Source of the DNA: Ignavibacteriota bacterium
Lineage (GTDB): Bacteria; Bacteroidota; Ignavibacteria; UBA10030; UBA6906
NCBI GenBank assembly: GCA_016218065.1
Contig: JACRFA010000159.1
Location: 23,093 to 55,092 of the forward strand
Direction: 5' to 3'
DNA: 32,000 nucleotides
The translations under genes and the position numbers were made by a program. Numbering within the stretch: the stretch's first letter is position 1; every line of letters starts with the position of its first letter. Below are positions 1 to 8,874 of this stretch, piece by piece. The notes under the pieces are model-generated. The model ran no database searches and was not told where the DNA came from. It was given only the letters and a program-made list of their open reading frames with translations.

Positions 1-525
1 CGCTAACTCGAGAAACGAGTTCGCCATGTTGTTTCCGTCGCCGACGTACACAAGTCGCATCGAAGGCGTGGCTTTCCCTTTCTCCTGTAACGTGAAGTAA
101 TCGGCAAGCACCTGACACGGATGCACAAGGTCGGTCAATGCGTTGATAACCGGAACTGTTGCCGACTCGGCGAGCTGCACAACAGTAAGATGCTTGATCG
201 TGCGTGCAACGATCAGCTCGTTGTAGCGGGAAAGGACGGAGGCAACATCGTGCACCGATTCGCGCGTCGCGATGCCGATCGAGTCTTGCTGGAGAAACAA
301 CGGATGGCCGCCGAGCTGCGCAATGCCGACTTCGAACGAGACACGCGTGCGCAATGACTGTCGCTCGAAAATCAATGCAGCGCTCTTCTGCGCCAGCGGC
401 GCAAAGTTTTTCATCTCGCCGCACTTGATGTGGTTCGCGAGCGTAAAGATATCGAGAAGTTCTTGCCTGTTCCAGGAAGCAAACGAAATGAGATCACGTT
501 TCATGGATTCCCTGATGGAGTTCAT
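1..525 (-). CDS. argF: Ornithine carbamoyltransferase-family protein (ArgF or acyl-ornithine transcarbamylase), N-terminal 175 codons; the 3' part lies outside the window
   Basis: Absent from the ORF track because it runs off the window edge. My minus-strand translation from ATG 525..523 has no stop: MNSIRESMKRDLISFASWNRQELLDIF..ALIFERQSLRTRVSFEVGIAQLGGHPLFL..VPVINALTDLVHPCQVLADYFTL..RLVYVGDGNNMANSFLELA. It carries the S-x-RTR carbamoyl-phosphate motif, the HPxQ motif and the VGDGNN motif of the ATCase/OTCase fold. The subfamily cannot be decided without the C-terminal half. Confidence 0.8.
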   Translation of the reverse strand, partial: MNSIRESMKRDLISFASWNRQELLDIFTLANHIKCGEMKNFAPLAQKSAALIFERQSLRTRVSFEVGIAQLGGHPLFLQQDSIGIATRESVHDVASVLSRYNELIVARTIKHLTVVQLAESATVPVINALTDLVHPCQVLADYFTLQEKGKATPSMRLVYVGDGNNMANSFLELA

Positions 526-622
526 GGTGGATGAAGACTGAGAGGCTGATCAAAAGGTAGGGAACTACACAGAGAAATCCAATTCACCCATAGAGATGTA
601 TCGTCTCACATTGGCAAGGAGC

Positions 623-970
623 CTACAGCGTTGCAGAATGATAGTACGATGGCATGGGGACGTGCATGAGTTTTTGTTCGCATGTTGAACAGAGGCGTTG
701 CGCCGGATCTGTGTCAAGCTCATCATGACTGATTGCCGACTTGCAGCTCAAACAGATTCCATACGTTCCGTTCTCAAGCCGGTCGAGCGCCTGCCGCAAC
801 TCTTCCAGCCGCGGATCACTTCTGAATGCGAGAAGCGCATCCAGCTCGTGCACAGAAAGGTCGCCTCCAACAAACGGCTCCCTGGGGTACATGATTGAGT
901 ATTGGTCGGCCAACAGATCATAGAGTTTCGACAGAATCAGCCTCCGAACCACTCGCTTGCTCTTTGCCAT
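623..970 (-). CDS. DksA/TraR-family C4-type zinc-finger protein
   Basis: ORF 623..1024 contains GTYGICLSCKSAISHDELDTDPAQRLCSTCEQ, i.e. CxxC-N17-CxxC, typical of DksA/TraR. I chose the internal ATG at 970 (MAKSKRVV..) because GGAGG lies 5 nt upstream of it. The ORF-track start at 1024 has no such site. Confidence 0.75.
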   Translation of the reverse strand: MAKSKRVVRRLILSKLYDLLADQYSIMYPREPFVGGDLSVHELDALLAFRSDPRLEELRQALDRLENGTYGICLSCKSAISHDELDTDPAQRLCSTCEQKLMHVPMPSYYHSATL

Positions 971-1249
971 AACTCCTCCAAACATCTTCTGATGAATCGT
1001 AGAAGACCCCCCTTTCTCCTGCACCTGAGTTGCACAAGGGTTGCACGTATAGAGAACAGTCTGCTAGAAGGTACAAAAGTATATTCCAAAGTCAACAGAA
1101 AGGTTGTTATTCCTAACGATTTTTTCGGAGGAAGGTTCCGGCGTGGGTGACAATTTTATGACGAAGGGTTATGAGGCAGAGCTTTCGGGGGGATGAACTG
1201 TTGGGCTTGCTATTCCCCCAGGAAACCGTTTTCAGAGGCGGATTAGGGG

Positions 1250-2005
1250 TCAAATGATCTCGACAGCGCCTTGCTCCATCCAACCTACTTTCCCGTCAAG
1301 AAGGCGGATCTTATACCAACGCTCTACGTTGTCGATAATGAAGACCTTGACGCCGGCATGCAGGACGAATGCATCGCTGCTCTTGGCATCGGGGGAGTTC
1401 TTTATTGTCGTGATGTTCGCCGTGACAATTCCTTCGCTTCGGCTTTCTACCTGATTCAATTTGCCGACGAACACGACAACAGACAACGCGAGCAGCACTG
1501 CGCACGCGAGCGAGCCAAAGAACGCCAGTCGCCGCCTGGCGTACGAGGGGGCAAGAATCGCGAGGACGATCGCACCGATCAGCAAAAAGAAAAAGAAAGA
1601 CATCACCCACGTCGCAGCCGTGAGCGAGATCGACGTCTTGATCGCATCCCACCAATCCCAAATAAACAGCCGCGGCGTCGGATCGATCCGGTCGGTGATC
1701 ATAAGGTTCGCCAGCTGAAGGTTATGGCGCAGATCGTCGTCGGTCGGCATCAGACGGAGCGCACGCTCGTAGTTGAGAATCGCTTTGCCGATGTTTGATG
1801 ACTTGTAGTATGCGTTTCCGAGATTGTAATACACCTCGCCGCTGGCGACGCCGGTCTTCAGCACAGCTTCGTATTTGACAATCGCCCCGGCATAGTTCCC
1901 CTGCTGATAGAGTTGATTTGCCTGAACGAAAAATTGTTCCGGACTTTCGGCTCGCAGAGCGCCGGCAACAAGTGCAACGAGCGCGACGAAAAGAGTCTTG
2001 GTCAT
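1250..2005 (-). CDS. batE: BatE-like protein (signal peptide, TPR repeats, TM segments, C-terminal SH3-like domain)
   Basis: 251-aa ORF. N-terminal signal peptide, then TPR-like YYNLGNAYYKSSNIGKAILNYERAL, central hydrophobic helices, and a C-terminal WYKIRLLDGKVGWMEQGAVEI SH3b-like tail. It is the last gene of the Bat operon, and its ATG overlaps the batD stop (ATGA at 2002-2005). Confidence 0.8.
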   Translation of the reverse strand: MTKTLFVALVALVAGALRAESPEQFFVQANQLYQQGNYAGAIVKYEAVLKTGVASGEVYYNLGNAYYKSSNIGKAILNYERALRLMPTDDDLRHNLQLANLMITDRIDPTPRLFIWDWWDAIKTSISLTAATWVMSFFFFLLIGAIVLAILAPSYARRRLAFFGSLACAVLLALSVVVFVGKLNQVESRSEGIVTANITTIKNSPDAKSSDAFVLHAGVKVFIIDNVERWYKIRLLDGKVGWMEQGAVEII

Positions 2006-3927
2006 GATTTCAGTGTGCGTTCCAGATCAACGATTATCTTGCTCGCAGTGTCGTACGTGTGCTTCATCGAATCTGCGGAGAGACTTGTCGGAGCGAAGCG
2101 CGCCATCTCGCAGGTTTCGAGCAGCGACTTGAGTGCATCTGAGCTTTCAGCCGGGATTGAGCGCCGAACAAGTTCGTTCACCGCGCCCTCAATCGAGAGA
2201 TCGGCCTGCTGAATATTCAGCTTGTCGCCAAGATACTTCCACATCGAGCGAGCAACTTCAGAGTAGAACTGAATCTTCTTTTCGGATGAACCCTGTTGCC
2301 CATCCGTGAGTTGTTTCATCATCACTTCTGCATTCTTCAAACCTTTGCGCGCAACTTTGATCGCGCGGCGATTCCGGTAGCCGACAACATCGTCCATCAC
2401 CGCCTGACGCTGTCGGGCATACACAATCGCTCCGGCAAGACCGGCTAACGGCAACAGCATCACCCCTACAAACACACCGCTCGTGTGCAGATGTGAACCT
2501 TGCTGCACGAGCGACGGCGCGCCGACTTTGATGAATCGGATGTCTTGATTGAGCAGTTGAACATCTTCCCGTGAGTTCGACGAAATGAACGGCTGCGCGC
2601 CTGCCGCGCCCTGTGCTACATCAATCTCGACCTCGTCCGAACTCAACGTGACGTAGTGGTTTCTCGCGAGATCGAAATAGCTGAACTGCACCGGCTTGAT
2701 CGTTTTCTTTCCCGGATATCTTGGGATCAAAATGTACTCGACTGTCTTCGATCCCGAGATTTTTCCTTCACGACGGTTGATATTGTCCGTCACTTTGGGC
2801 GTGTACTGCTCAAAGTCTGCCGGGATATCGATCGTCGGTGTCTCAAGCACTTTCACGTTTCCAGTTCCGCTGATCGTGACGCGATAGCTGAGCGGCTCGT
2901 TCGTTTTTGTTTTCTGCTTATCGACTTTCGCGGCGAGAGAAAATTTGCCGACCGCGCCCTTGAAGCTGTTCGGCGCTCCCGGCGGCAGCGCATCGACTTT
3001 TACGCGAATCGGATCGCTCTTGACGACATATTCGATTTGCCGACCGAATGGATTTCCGTTGAACACATCGAACGGATCCCAATTTCTATCGCGCACCGTG
3101 ACGAGGGTGGTGATTTCCATTGGCCCAATCTCGAGCGTACCCGACTGCGTTGGAAACAATGCCGACCTCTTGATCACGCCAACCTGAAACTGCTTGCCGT
3201 TGATAACTTCGTTGGACAACTGAATCTGCTTCGGCATCTCGACGTCCTCACTCCAGAAGCCGGTCATCGTCGGCGCTTTGGTGAGATTGTAGTTCTGCAC
3301 AGAAACCCGCGTGTAGATCCTGTAAACGATATTGAGCTGCTCGCCTTGCATCACACGCGACTTATCCAGACTCGCCCGCAGGAAGAGATTGCTCCCAAGC
3401 TGATCGCGCACATTTGCATCGCCGCCGCCGCCCTGTTGAGCGCGCTGCTGCTGTTGCGGCTGACCCTTGATCACTTCCAGCGTGATCGGGTTGGACGTGT
3501 GCGTTTTGCCGCCAGCCTCAATCGATGCGGCGCCAATGGTGAACTTACCGACTTCCTTCGGCTGCAATGTGTAGCTGTACGTCATCGACGAAGAGACTGC
3601 GCCGTTGATAATCTGCATGCTCGACGACGTGCTCGGCCCCATCAGCACATGAAATTTGTCAAGGTTCGGCAGTCGAAGATTCTTCCCGCCCCCCGTTCCG
3701 GCATTCGACAGCGTGAATGAGAGCGCGAATTGGTCATCGACGCCGACCGGATTTCTATCGATGCTTGCCTGGAACCCTGTTTCCTGCGCGCGCAGGATCG
3801 CGCCGCCGAGCAGCGCCATTCCGATGAGTGCTGCAATGCTGAGTCGTCTCACCTTACCAATCCTTCTCCGCCTTCGGACGACCGGCAGCTTTTTGTTGGC
3901 GAAGTTTTCGTTGGACTTCCTTCTCAT
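2002..3927 (-). CDS. batD: BatD (oxygen-tolerance family) membrane protein
   Basis: 641-aa ORF with a signal peptide (LSIAALIGMALLGGAILRAQE), a long beta-rich ectodomain, a late TM helix (VFVGVMLLPLAGLAGAIVYA) and a cytoplasmic helical tail, in the BatD position after batC. The true start is probably GTG 3852..3850, directly after the upstream TAA (3856..3854) and preceded by GGAGAAGGA. The ORF-track start at 3927 would overlap the upstream gene by 74 nt. Confidence 0.85.
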   Translation of the reverse strand: MRRKSNENFANKKLPVVRRRRRIGKVRRLSIAALIGMALLGGAILRAQETGFQASIDRNPVGVDDQFALSFTLSNAGTGGGKNLRLPNLDKFHVLMGPSTSSSMQIINGAVSSSMTYSYTLQPKEVGKFTIGAASIEAGGKTHTSNPITLEVIKGQPQQQQRAQQGGGGDANVRDQLGSNLFLRASLDKSRVMQGEQLNIVYRIYTRVSVQNYNLTKAPTMTGFWSEDVEMPKQIQLSNEVINGKQFQVGVIKRSALFPTQSGTLEIGPMEITTLVTVRDRNWDPFDVFNGNPFGRQIEYVVKSDPIRVKVDALPPGAPNSFKGAVGKFSLAAKVDKQKTKTNEPLSYRVTISGTGNVKVLETPTIDIPADFEQYTPKVTDNINRREGKISGSKTVEYILIPRYPGKKTIKPVQFSYFDLARNHYVTLSSDEVEIDVAQGAAGAQPFISSNSREDVQLLNQDIRFIKVGAPSLVQQGSHLHTSGVFVGVMLLPLAGLAGAIVYARQRQAVMDDVVGYRNRRAIKVARKGLKNAEVMMKQLTDGQQGSSEKKIQFYSEVARSMWKYLGDKLNIQQADLSIEGAVNELVRRSIPAESSDALKSLLETCEMARFAPTSLSADSMKHTYDTASKIIVDLERTLKS

Positions 3928-4342
3928 TGTTCTTCAGTACTTCCAAAATCCGTTCGGCATCAGCCTTCGACATTTGCCTCTGCTGCTGTTGTTGCTGTTG
4001 CTGCTTTTGCTGCTCAGGCTTCTGCTGATCCTGCTGGTTCTGCTTCTCTTGATCCTGCTTGTTTTGGTCCTGCTTCTTGTCCTGGTCCTGGTCCTGGTTC
4101 TGGTTCTTATCCTGATCCTTCTTTTGTTTTCGTAATTGCGCCAACAAATCTCGAATCAGAGGATTGTATGGCCAATGCCCGACGCCTTCCTCGAGCAGTT
4201 TAATAGCTGTATCTGTTTTTCCACTGATATGAATTTTCGACGCTTCATCGAAATACCAGCTAGCGGGTCGTTGTGCGCTAGCGGCCGTCAGAATTCCGAA
4301 GAGCATGACTCCCAGTACTGTTATTCGCTTTTGTACCGTCAT
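3854..4342 (-). CDS. Secreted or membrane-anchored protein with an extreme Q/D/K-rich low-complexity region (extra gene between batC and batD)
   Basis: 162-aa ORF with an N-terminal signal/anchor (ITVLGVMLFGILTAASAQ) and a short helical domain. It then runs KKDQDKNQNQDQDQDKKQDQNKQDQEKQNQQDQQKPEQQKQQQQQQQQRQ and ends in a charged tail. Its ATG is 1 nt after the batC stop, so the operon context supports coding. Function is unknown. Confidence 0.6.
   Translation of the reverse strand: MTVQKRITVLGVMLFGILTAASAQRPASWYFDEASKIHISGKTDTAIKLLEEGVGHWPYNPLIRDLLAQLRKQKKDQDKNQNQDQDQDKKQDQNKQDQEKQNQQDQQKPEQQKQQQQQQQQRQMSKADAERILEVLKNNEKEVQRKLRQQKAAGRPKAEKDW
3979..4128. repeat. Coding microsatellite-like tract: (CTG/TTG)n followed by GTCCTG/GTTCTG hexamer runs
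   Basis: Read directly from the sequence: ctgctgctgttgttgctgttgctgcttttgctgctc, then ..cttgtcctggtcctggtcctggttctggttcttatcctgatcc. This encodes the Q/D/K tract of the 3854..4342 gene. Confidence 0.8.
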
Positions 4343-4343
4343 G

Positions 4344-4988
4344 TCAATTCCTCCGCTTTACCCCAACGACAACTCCGATGCGCTCAATGAAGTCATTGAA
4401 CGCTGCAACTGTAGGGTCTTTCCTAAGGCCGTCATTCATGAGTCCGTACGCATCTTCGAACTTCGACCTTGCGACCAAAGTCTCGGCCTGACGCTTCAAT
4501 CGTTTTGCCCATTCTGAAGGTTCGGGTGGCTTGCCCTTGCCGCCTTTACCTTGTGAGGACTTCATTTTCAGAATCGCGTATGAAAGATTGTACTTCGCAT
4601 CCTGATCGTCAGGATTCAGCTTCAACGATTCGGTGAACGCCTTCACCGCCTCTTCATACTTTTGTGCTTGCAGATGCGTGTCCCCCAGATTGAAGTAAGA
4701 CTTTGCTTTCTGCGACGGTGTCTGGCTGCGTTGAATCGCCTCTTCGTACTGCTTCACCGACTCATCGTACTTATTCTGACGGTAGAACGAATTACCCAGA
4801 TTGAAATGTCCGGGAACCGACGTGACGTCTTTTTCCACCGCCTTCTTGTAATTGACTTCGGCATCCGCGTACTTCTTCTCGTCGTACATATCGTTTCCGT
4901 TGTTCACCAACGACCGAACAGACTGCGCCTGCGCGACACACGCCATCAAAACCAAATAACTAACGACAAATGACACGCACTTTCTCAC
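4344..4988 (-). CDS. batC: BatC-like TPR protein
   Basis: ORF 4344..5018 has TPR repeats (YADAEVNYKKAVEKD, HFNLGNSFYRQNKYDESVKQYEEAI, YFNLGDTHLQAQKYEEAVKAFTESLKLNPDD). The likely start is GTG 4988..4986, overlapping the batB TGA (4987..4985) as GTGA. That start gives a clean signal peptide, RKCVSFVVSYLVLMACVAQAQ. Confidence 0.8.
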   Translation of the reverse strand: MRKCVSFVVSYLVLMACVAQAQSVRSLVNNGNDMYDEKKYADAEVNYKKAVEKDVTSVPGHFNLGNSFYRQNKYDESVKQYEEAIQRSQTPSQKAKSYFNLGDTHLQAQKYEEAVKAFTESLKLNPDDQDAKYNLSYAILKMKSSQGKGGKGKPPEPSEWAKRLKRQAETLVARSKFEDAYGLMNDGLRKDPTVAAFNDFIERIGVVVGVKRRN

Positions 4989-6031
4989 ACTTCCACCTCT
5001 CTCTTGAGCGGATTCCATTTTGCTAACCAGCCGATCTTCTTCTCTGAAATCAACAACTCCATGATGAGAAGAAGGATTCCCGCAGCGACGAAGAATTGAA
5101 ATCGCGATTCGAAATCGGTGAACTGCTTTGTGCCGAACTCGCGCTTCTGCAACGCGTTGATCGCTTTGTAGATTTCGTTCAGCTCGTCCTGCGTGTTTGT
5201 GCCGCGGTAATACGCGCCTTTCCCGATGTCGGCGATCCTTTCCAGCGACGCCTCATCGAGCTTCGTCATGACGACGCTGCCCAGGCGGTCGCGTTTGAAA
5301 TCAACCTGCTGGCCGTACGCGTTGTACACCGGAATGGGCGTTCCGTCCGGTGAACCCAATCCGATGGTGTAAATGAGAATACCCTTCTTCGCAGCCTCTT
5401 CTGCAGCGGCGAACGCATCGCCTTCGGTATTTTCGCCGTCGGTGATGATGACCAACACTTTGGTCGTCGGCTCTTCAAAATTGTACGACTCCATCGCCCG
5501 CTCGATTGCCGATGCCAGCGAGGTGCCCGGCACGGGGACCGCATCCACATCGACGACATCGAGAAACAGTTTTGCCCCGCTGTAATCCGTCGTCAACGGA
5601 AACTGCGTGAACCCTTCGCCGGCAAACACCACCATGCCAATCCGGTCGCCGCCCAGTCGATCGATCAGATTACGAATCTCGAACTTTGCTTTCTCCAGTC
5701 GGTTGGGCTTGATGTCCTCCGCCTTCATGCTCAACGATACGTCGAGCGCAATAAAAATATCGACGCCTTCCTGTTTCACTTCCTGCAGCCGCGTTCCGAT
5801 CTGTGGATTTGCATACGCGATGATGAGCACGGCGTACGCGAGCAGAAAGAACGCTGCTTTGGTAAATCGCTTCGGCTTGCTCGCCGATTCTGCAAGACGC
5901 GCGAGAATGTTCAGATCGCCAAATGCGCTCAACGACTTCTTCCGTTGCCGCACAACAATCCAATACAAAAGTACGAACGCGGGAATGAACCCGAGCAGCC
6001 AGAGATATTCTTCGTGTGCAAATCGAATCAT
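4985..6031 (-). CDS. batB: BatB, von Willebrand factor A domain membrane protein
   Basis: ORF 4985..6109 has two N-terminal TM helices, a VWA domain with the MIDAS-type motif DVSLSM plus IITDGENT, and a C-terminal TM helix. I chose ATG 6031 (MIRFAHEEYLWLL), 2 nt after the batA stop. The longer start would overlap batA by 76 nt. Confidence 0.85.
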   Translation of the reverse strand: MIRFAHEEYLWLLGFIPAFVLLYWIVVRQRKKSLSAFGDLNILARLAESASKPKRFTKAAFFLLAYAVLIIAYANPQIGTRLQEVKQEGVDIFIALDVSLSMKAEDIKPNRLEKAKFEIRNLIDRLGGDRIGMVVFAGEGFTQFPLTTDYSGAKLFLDVVDVDAVPVPGTSLASAIERAMESYNFEEPTTKVLVIITDGENTEGDAFAAAEEAAKKGILIYTIGLGSPDGTPIPVYNAYGQQVDFKRDRLGSVVMTKLDEASLERIADIGKGAYYRGTNTQDELNEIYKAINALQKREFGTKQFTDFESRFQFFVAAGILLLIMELLISEKKIGWLAKWNPLKREVEV

Positions 6032-6033
6032 GG

Positions 6034-7035
6034 CTACGGCAGCTTTCGGAAATATGTGTTCGAAAGTATCAACTCGAGCGCGAGAGCAACCAACGCAAGT
6101 CCCGCCCAATCGTAGAACAGCTCCGAGTAGGAACGGTACGAGCGGACTTCGATGCGCGTCTTCTCAAGCTCGTCAATGTCGTCGTAGATTTGGCGGAGTG
6201 TCCGGTTGTTTGTTGCACGGAAGTATTGTCCGTCCGTCAGCTCGGCGATTTTTGTCAGCGTCTTCTCATCCACATCAACGGGCATGAACTGAATGCGCTC
6301 GCCGAACGGAGTCTGCACCGGAAAAGGAGCTTCCCCTTTCGCAGTGCCGACGCCGACGGTGTAGACGCGAATGCCGAACGTCTGAGCAATCTGGGTCGCC
6401 GTGAGTGGATCGATCTCGCCGCGATTGTTCACGCCGTCGGTGAGGAGAATGATGACTTTGCTTTTTGCCTTGCTCTCTTTCAGTCGGTTCACGCCCTGCG
6501 CAATCGCCATCCCGATGGCTGTCCCGTCCTCAATGATTCCCTGCTTGACGGCGGCCAGTTGATTCTTCAGCACGCGATAATCAAGCGTCATCGGGCATTG
6601 CGTAAAACTCTCGCCGGAAAAAATCACCAGCCCGATGCGGTCGTTCGTTCGTCCGTCGATGAATTTCATCATCACCTCGCGGGCGGCTTCGATGCGGTTC
6701 GGCGACAAGTCCCGCGCAAGCATACTGCCCGAGATGTCGAACAGCAGCACGATGTCGATGCCTTCGGTGTACACGTTTTCGCCCTGCGAGGTTGAGCGCG
6801 GACGCGCCAGCGCAACAATCAGCACCGCGATCACCAGCAGGCGGAGGATGAACGGAACATGCCGCAGCCGCTCCTTTGTCGTGGCCTTCATTTCCGCAAA
6901 CGGCCGCAGACTTGAGTAGCGAATATCGCTTGTTGCATTCTTATATCGTCGAATGTACCAAAAGACGATGAGCGGAATGATCAGCAGCGCGTACAGAAAT
7001 TCTGGATTGGCAAACTGCACATTCGGATCAAACAT
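6034..7035 (-). CDS. batA: BatA, von Willebrand factor A domain membrane protein
   Basis: 333-aa ORF with N-terminal TM helices, a VWA domain with DISGSM and LLTDGVNN, and a C-terminal TM helix. It overlaps the upstream gene by 8 nt. Confidence 0.9.
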   Translation of the reverse strand: MFDPNVQFANPEFLYALLIIPLIVFWYIRRYKNATSDIRYSSLRPFAEMKATTKERLRHVPFILRLLVIAVLIVALARPRSTSQGENVYTEGIDIVLLFDISGSMLARDLSPNRIEAAREVMMKFIDGRTNDRIGLVIFSGESFTQCPMTLDYRVLKNQLAAVKQGIIEDGTAIGMAIAQGVNRLKESKAKSKVIILLTDGVNNRGEIDPLTATQIAQTFGIRVYTVGVGTAKGEAPFPVQTPFGERIQFMPVDVDEKTLTKIAELTDGQYFRATNNRTLRQIYDDIDELEKTRIEVRSYRSYSELFYDWAGLALVALALELILSNTYFRKLP

Positions 7036-7984
7036 GCGCCGCCTCCTTCGCCGCTTCGTTCGTTTCCAGCGGCTTCATCTCGATCACTCGCGTCTTATCG
7101 ATAATCTCAAAAGCTGTCGCAAGCATGTCTTCGTGATCAGGAATGCTCGGCTCGTACTTCGCGAATTTTACGAGATCGGCGCGGCGCAGAATCCGATTCG
7201 TCGGCTCGATGATCGGATGCGCCGAGGGAAACTGCCGCAAGTCGCTCAGCGTCTCTTCCGTCGTCTTTTCAAGCGACATGAAACCGTACCGATTCTCAAA
7301 ATAGCGGCGCACAATTTCCGTCGCTTCGGAATAGAACGGCTTGATGAGACCTTGCTGCCAGAGTCGTTTCTCTTTCAGGATGGCAAGTTCTTCCAACGCA
7401 ATCACATGAGCAGGCTTCTCCGGAGGAATGTACACGTCTTCGGGTGTGCGCTCCTTCTTTCTCTTGCGATAGAGATAGATGTTGTACGCGAGGACCGCGA
7501 TTGCAACAAGCGACCCGACAATCAGCGAGAGTTCCGCAACAGTCAGCGGAATGGAAAGCACCGGCTTGATGTCTTTAATGCCCAACGCTGTGTCAACTTC
7601 GACCAAACGGATTTTGAGAACGAGCGGATTTGTTGCAATGATGTTGATGGTGGAGTCGTTGGGGAGTTGATACGCGAATTGAATGGGCGGCACGATTGCC
7701 GTGCCCGAATCGTATGCCGCCATCGTGAGACTCGTTCGTGAGCTGCTGTTGGTCGACTCGTGTATGGAATCGCGATTGAGCACGAAGAGCGTTCCGAGCG
7801 TATCTGCCAGAAGCACGTTCACCGCAGCATCCGCCGGATGATGCAACTCGACATGCACGGTGATGGGGTCGCCCACGTAAAAGGTTGTCGAATCCGTCCA
7901 CGCTCGCGCGTCCTGCGTTTGCGCATGCAGCCCGATGGAGGCGCATGCCAGACCGAGCACCACTATGACAACACTTCGCTTCAT
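7028..7984 (-). CDS. Bat-operon membrane protein with a DUF4381-like C-terminal half
   Basis: 319-aa ORF with a signal peptide (VVIVVLGLACASIGLHAQ), a beta-rich ectodomain and a single TM helix (LSLIVGSLVAIAVLAYNIYLY). The cytoplasmic segment ALEELAILKEKRLWQQGLIKPFYSEATEIVRRYFENRYG..TTEETL resembles DUF4381, which usually sits between DUF58 and batA. ATG 7984..7982 shares 1 nt with the DUF58 TGA (TGATG). Confidence 0.65.
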   Translation of the reverse strand: MKRSVVIVVLGLACASIGLHAQTQDARAWTDSTTFYVGDPITVHVELHHPADAAVNVLLADTLGTLFVLNRDSIHESTNSSSRTSLTMAAYDSGTAIVPPIQFAYQLPNDSTINIIATNPLVLKIRLVEVDTALGIKDIKPVLSIPLTVAELSLIVGSLVAIAVLAYNIYLYRKRKKERTPEDVYIPPEKPAHVIALEELAILKEKRLWQQGLIKPFYSEATEIVRRYFENRYGFMSLEKTTEETLSDLRQFPSAHPIIEPTNRILRRADLVKFAKYEPSIPDHEDMLATAFEIIDKTRVIEMKPLETNEAAKEAAHV

Positions 7985-8859
7985 CACCAGCGTGCTTCTC
8001 TCAATTTGAAGAAATCGACAATCGGTTTGATGTAGGGGCGGTCAATGCGAACCGGGATCGCGTCAACTCTGCTGCGCAGGAACATTGCCTTCCGCTGTGC
8101 GCGGCGCTCGCTCCAATACTGCACGAGACGCTTCCGCACGGCAGCATCGCCGGTGTCGATCCATCGCTCGCGATTCGTTTCGGCGTCGCGAAACTTGATC
8201 AAACCCACATTCGGCATTTCTTCTTCGCGCGGATCCGAGAGCTCAATGGCAATGACGTCATGCTTCCGGCTGACGAGCCGGAGAACCTGATCGTACCCAT
8301 CGTCGATGAAATCAGAAATCAGGAAGGCAATCGTCCGCTTCTTGTTCACGTGGTTGAAGTACTCCAACGCCTGCTTGATGTCCGTTCCGGTTCCTTCCGC
8401 TTCAAACGAAATCAGCTCGCGGATAATCCGCAGAATATGCGCGCGGCCCTTCTTCGGGGGAACGAATTTTTCAATGCGATCCGTGAACATGATCAACCCG
8501 ACTTTGTCGTTGTTCTTGATCGCGGAGAACGACAAGACGGCGCAGATTTCCGCTGCGATTTCATTCTTGAAATGCAACGCCGATCCAAACTGCCCCGACC
8601 TGCTGAAGTCAACGAGCAACATCACCGTCAGCTCGCGCTCTTCTTCGAACACCTTCACGAACGGATGATTGAAGCGCGCCGACACGTTCCAGTCGATCAT
8701 GCGGATATCGTCGCCGAACTGGTACTCGCGGACTTCCGAGAACTCCATACCGCGTCCTTTGAACACGCTATGGTACTCGCCCGAAAAGACCTGGTTCACC
8801 AGCCCCCGGGTTTTGATCTCGATCTGTCTGACTTTTTTAAGTAGTTCTCGGGTATCCAT
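7984..8859 (-). CDS. DUF58 domain protein (MoxR-associated, VWA-like)
   Basis: 291-aa ORF. The segment SGEYHSVFKGRGMEFSEVREYQFGDDIRMIDWNVSAR followed by LLVDFSRS is the typical DUF58 signature. Confidence 0.9.
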   Translation of the reverse strand: MDTRELLKKVRQIEIKTRGLVNQVFSGEYHSVFKGRGMEFSEVREYQFGDDIRMIDWNVSARFNHPFVKVFEEERELTVMLLVDFSRSGQFGSALHFKNEIAAEICAVLSFSAIKNNDKVGLIMFTDRIEKFVPPKKGRAHILRIIRELISFEAEGTGTDIKQALEYFNHVNKKRTIAFLISDFIDDGYDQVLRLVSRKHDVIAIELSDPREEEMPNVGLIKFRDAETNRERWIDTGDAAVRKRLVQYWSERRAQRKAMFLRSRVDAIPVRIDRPYIKPIVDFFKLREARW

Positions 8860-8874
8860 GTATCGAAGAAAATA

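Noticed and set aside
121-541. Three overlapping plus-strand ORFs of 74-89 aa at the left edge.
   Set aside because: The minus strand over the same DNA encodes an uninterrupted carbamoyltransferase N-terminus with SxRTR, HPxQ and DGNN motifs. The plus-strand peptides have no features.
3656-4135. Plus-strand ORFs with striking poly-Leu runs (LLLLLLLLLLLRLLLILLVLLLL..).
   Set aside because: They are the reverse-complement reading of the CAG/CAA-rich Q/D/K tract of the minus-strand gene 3854-4342. The operon context supports the minus-strand frame: a 1-nt gap after batC and a signal peptide.
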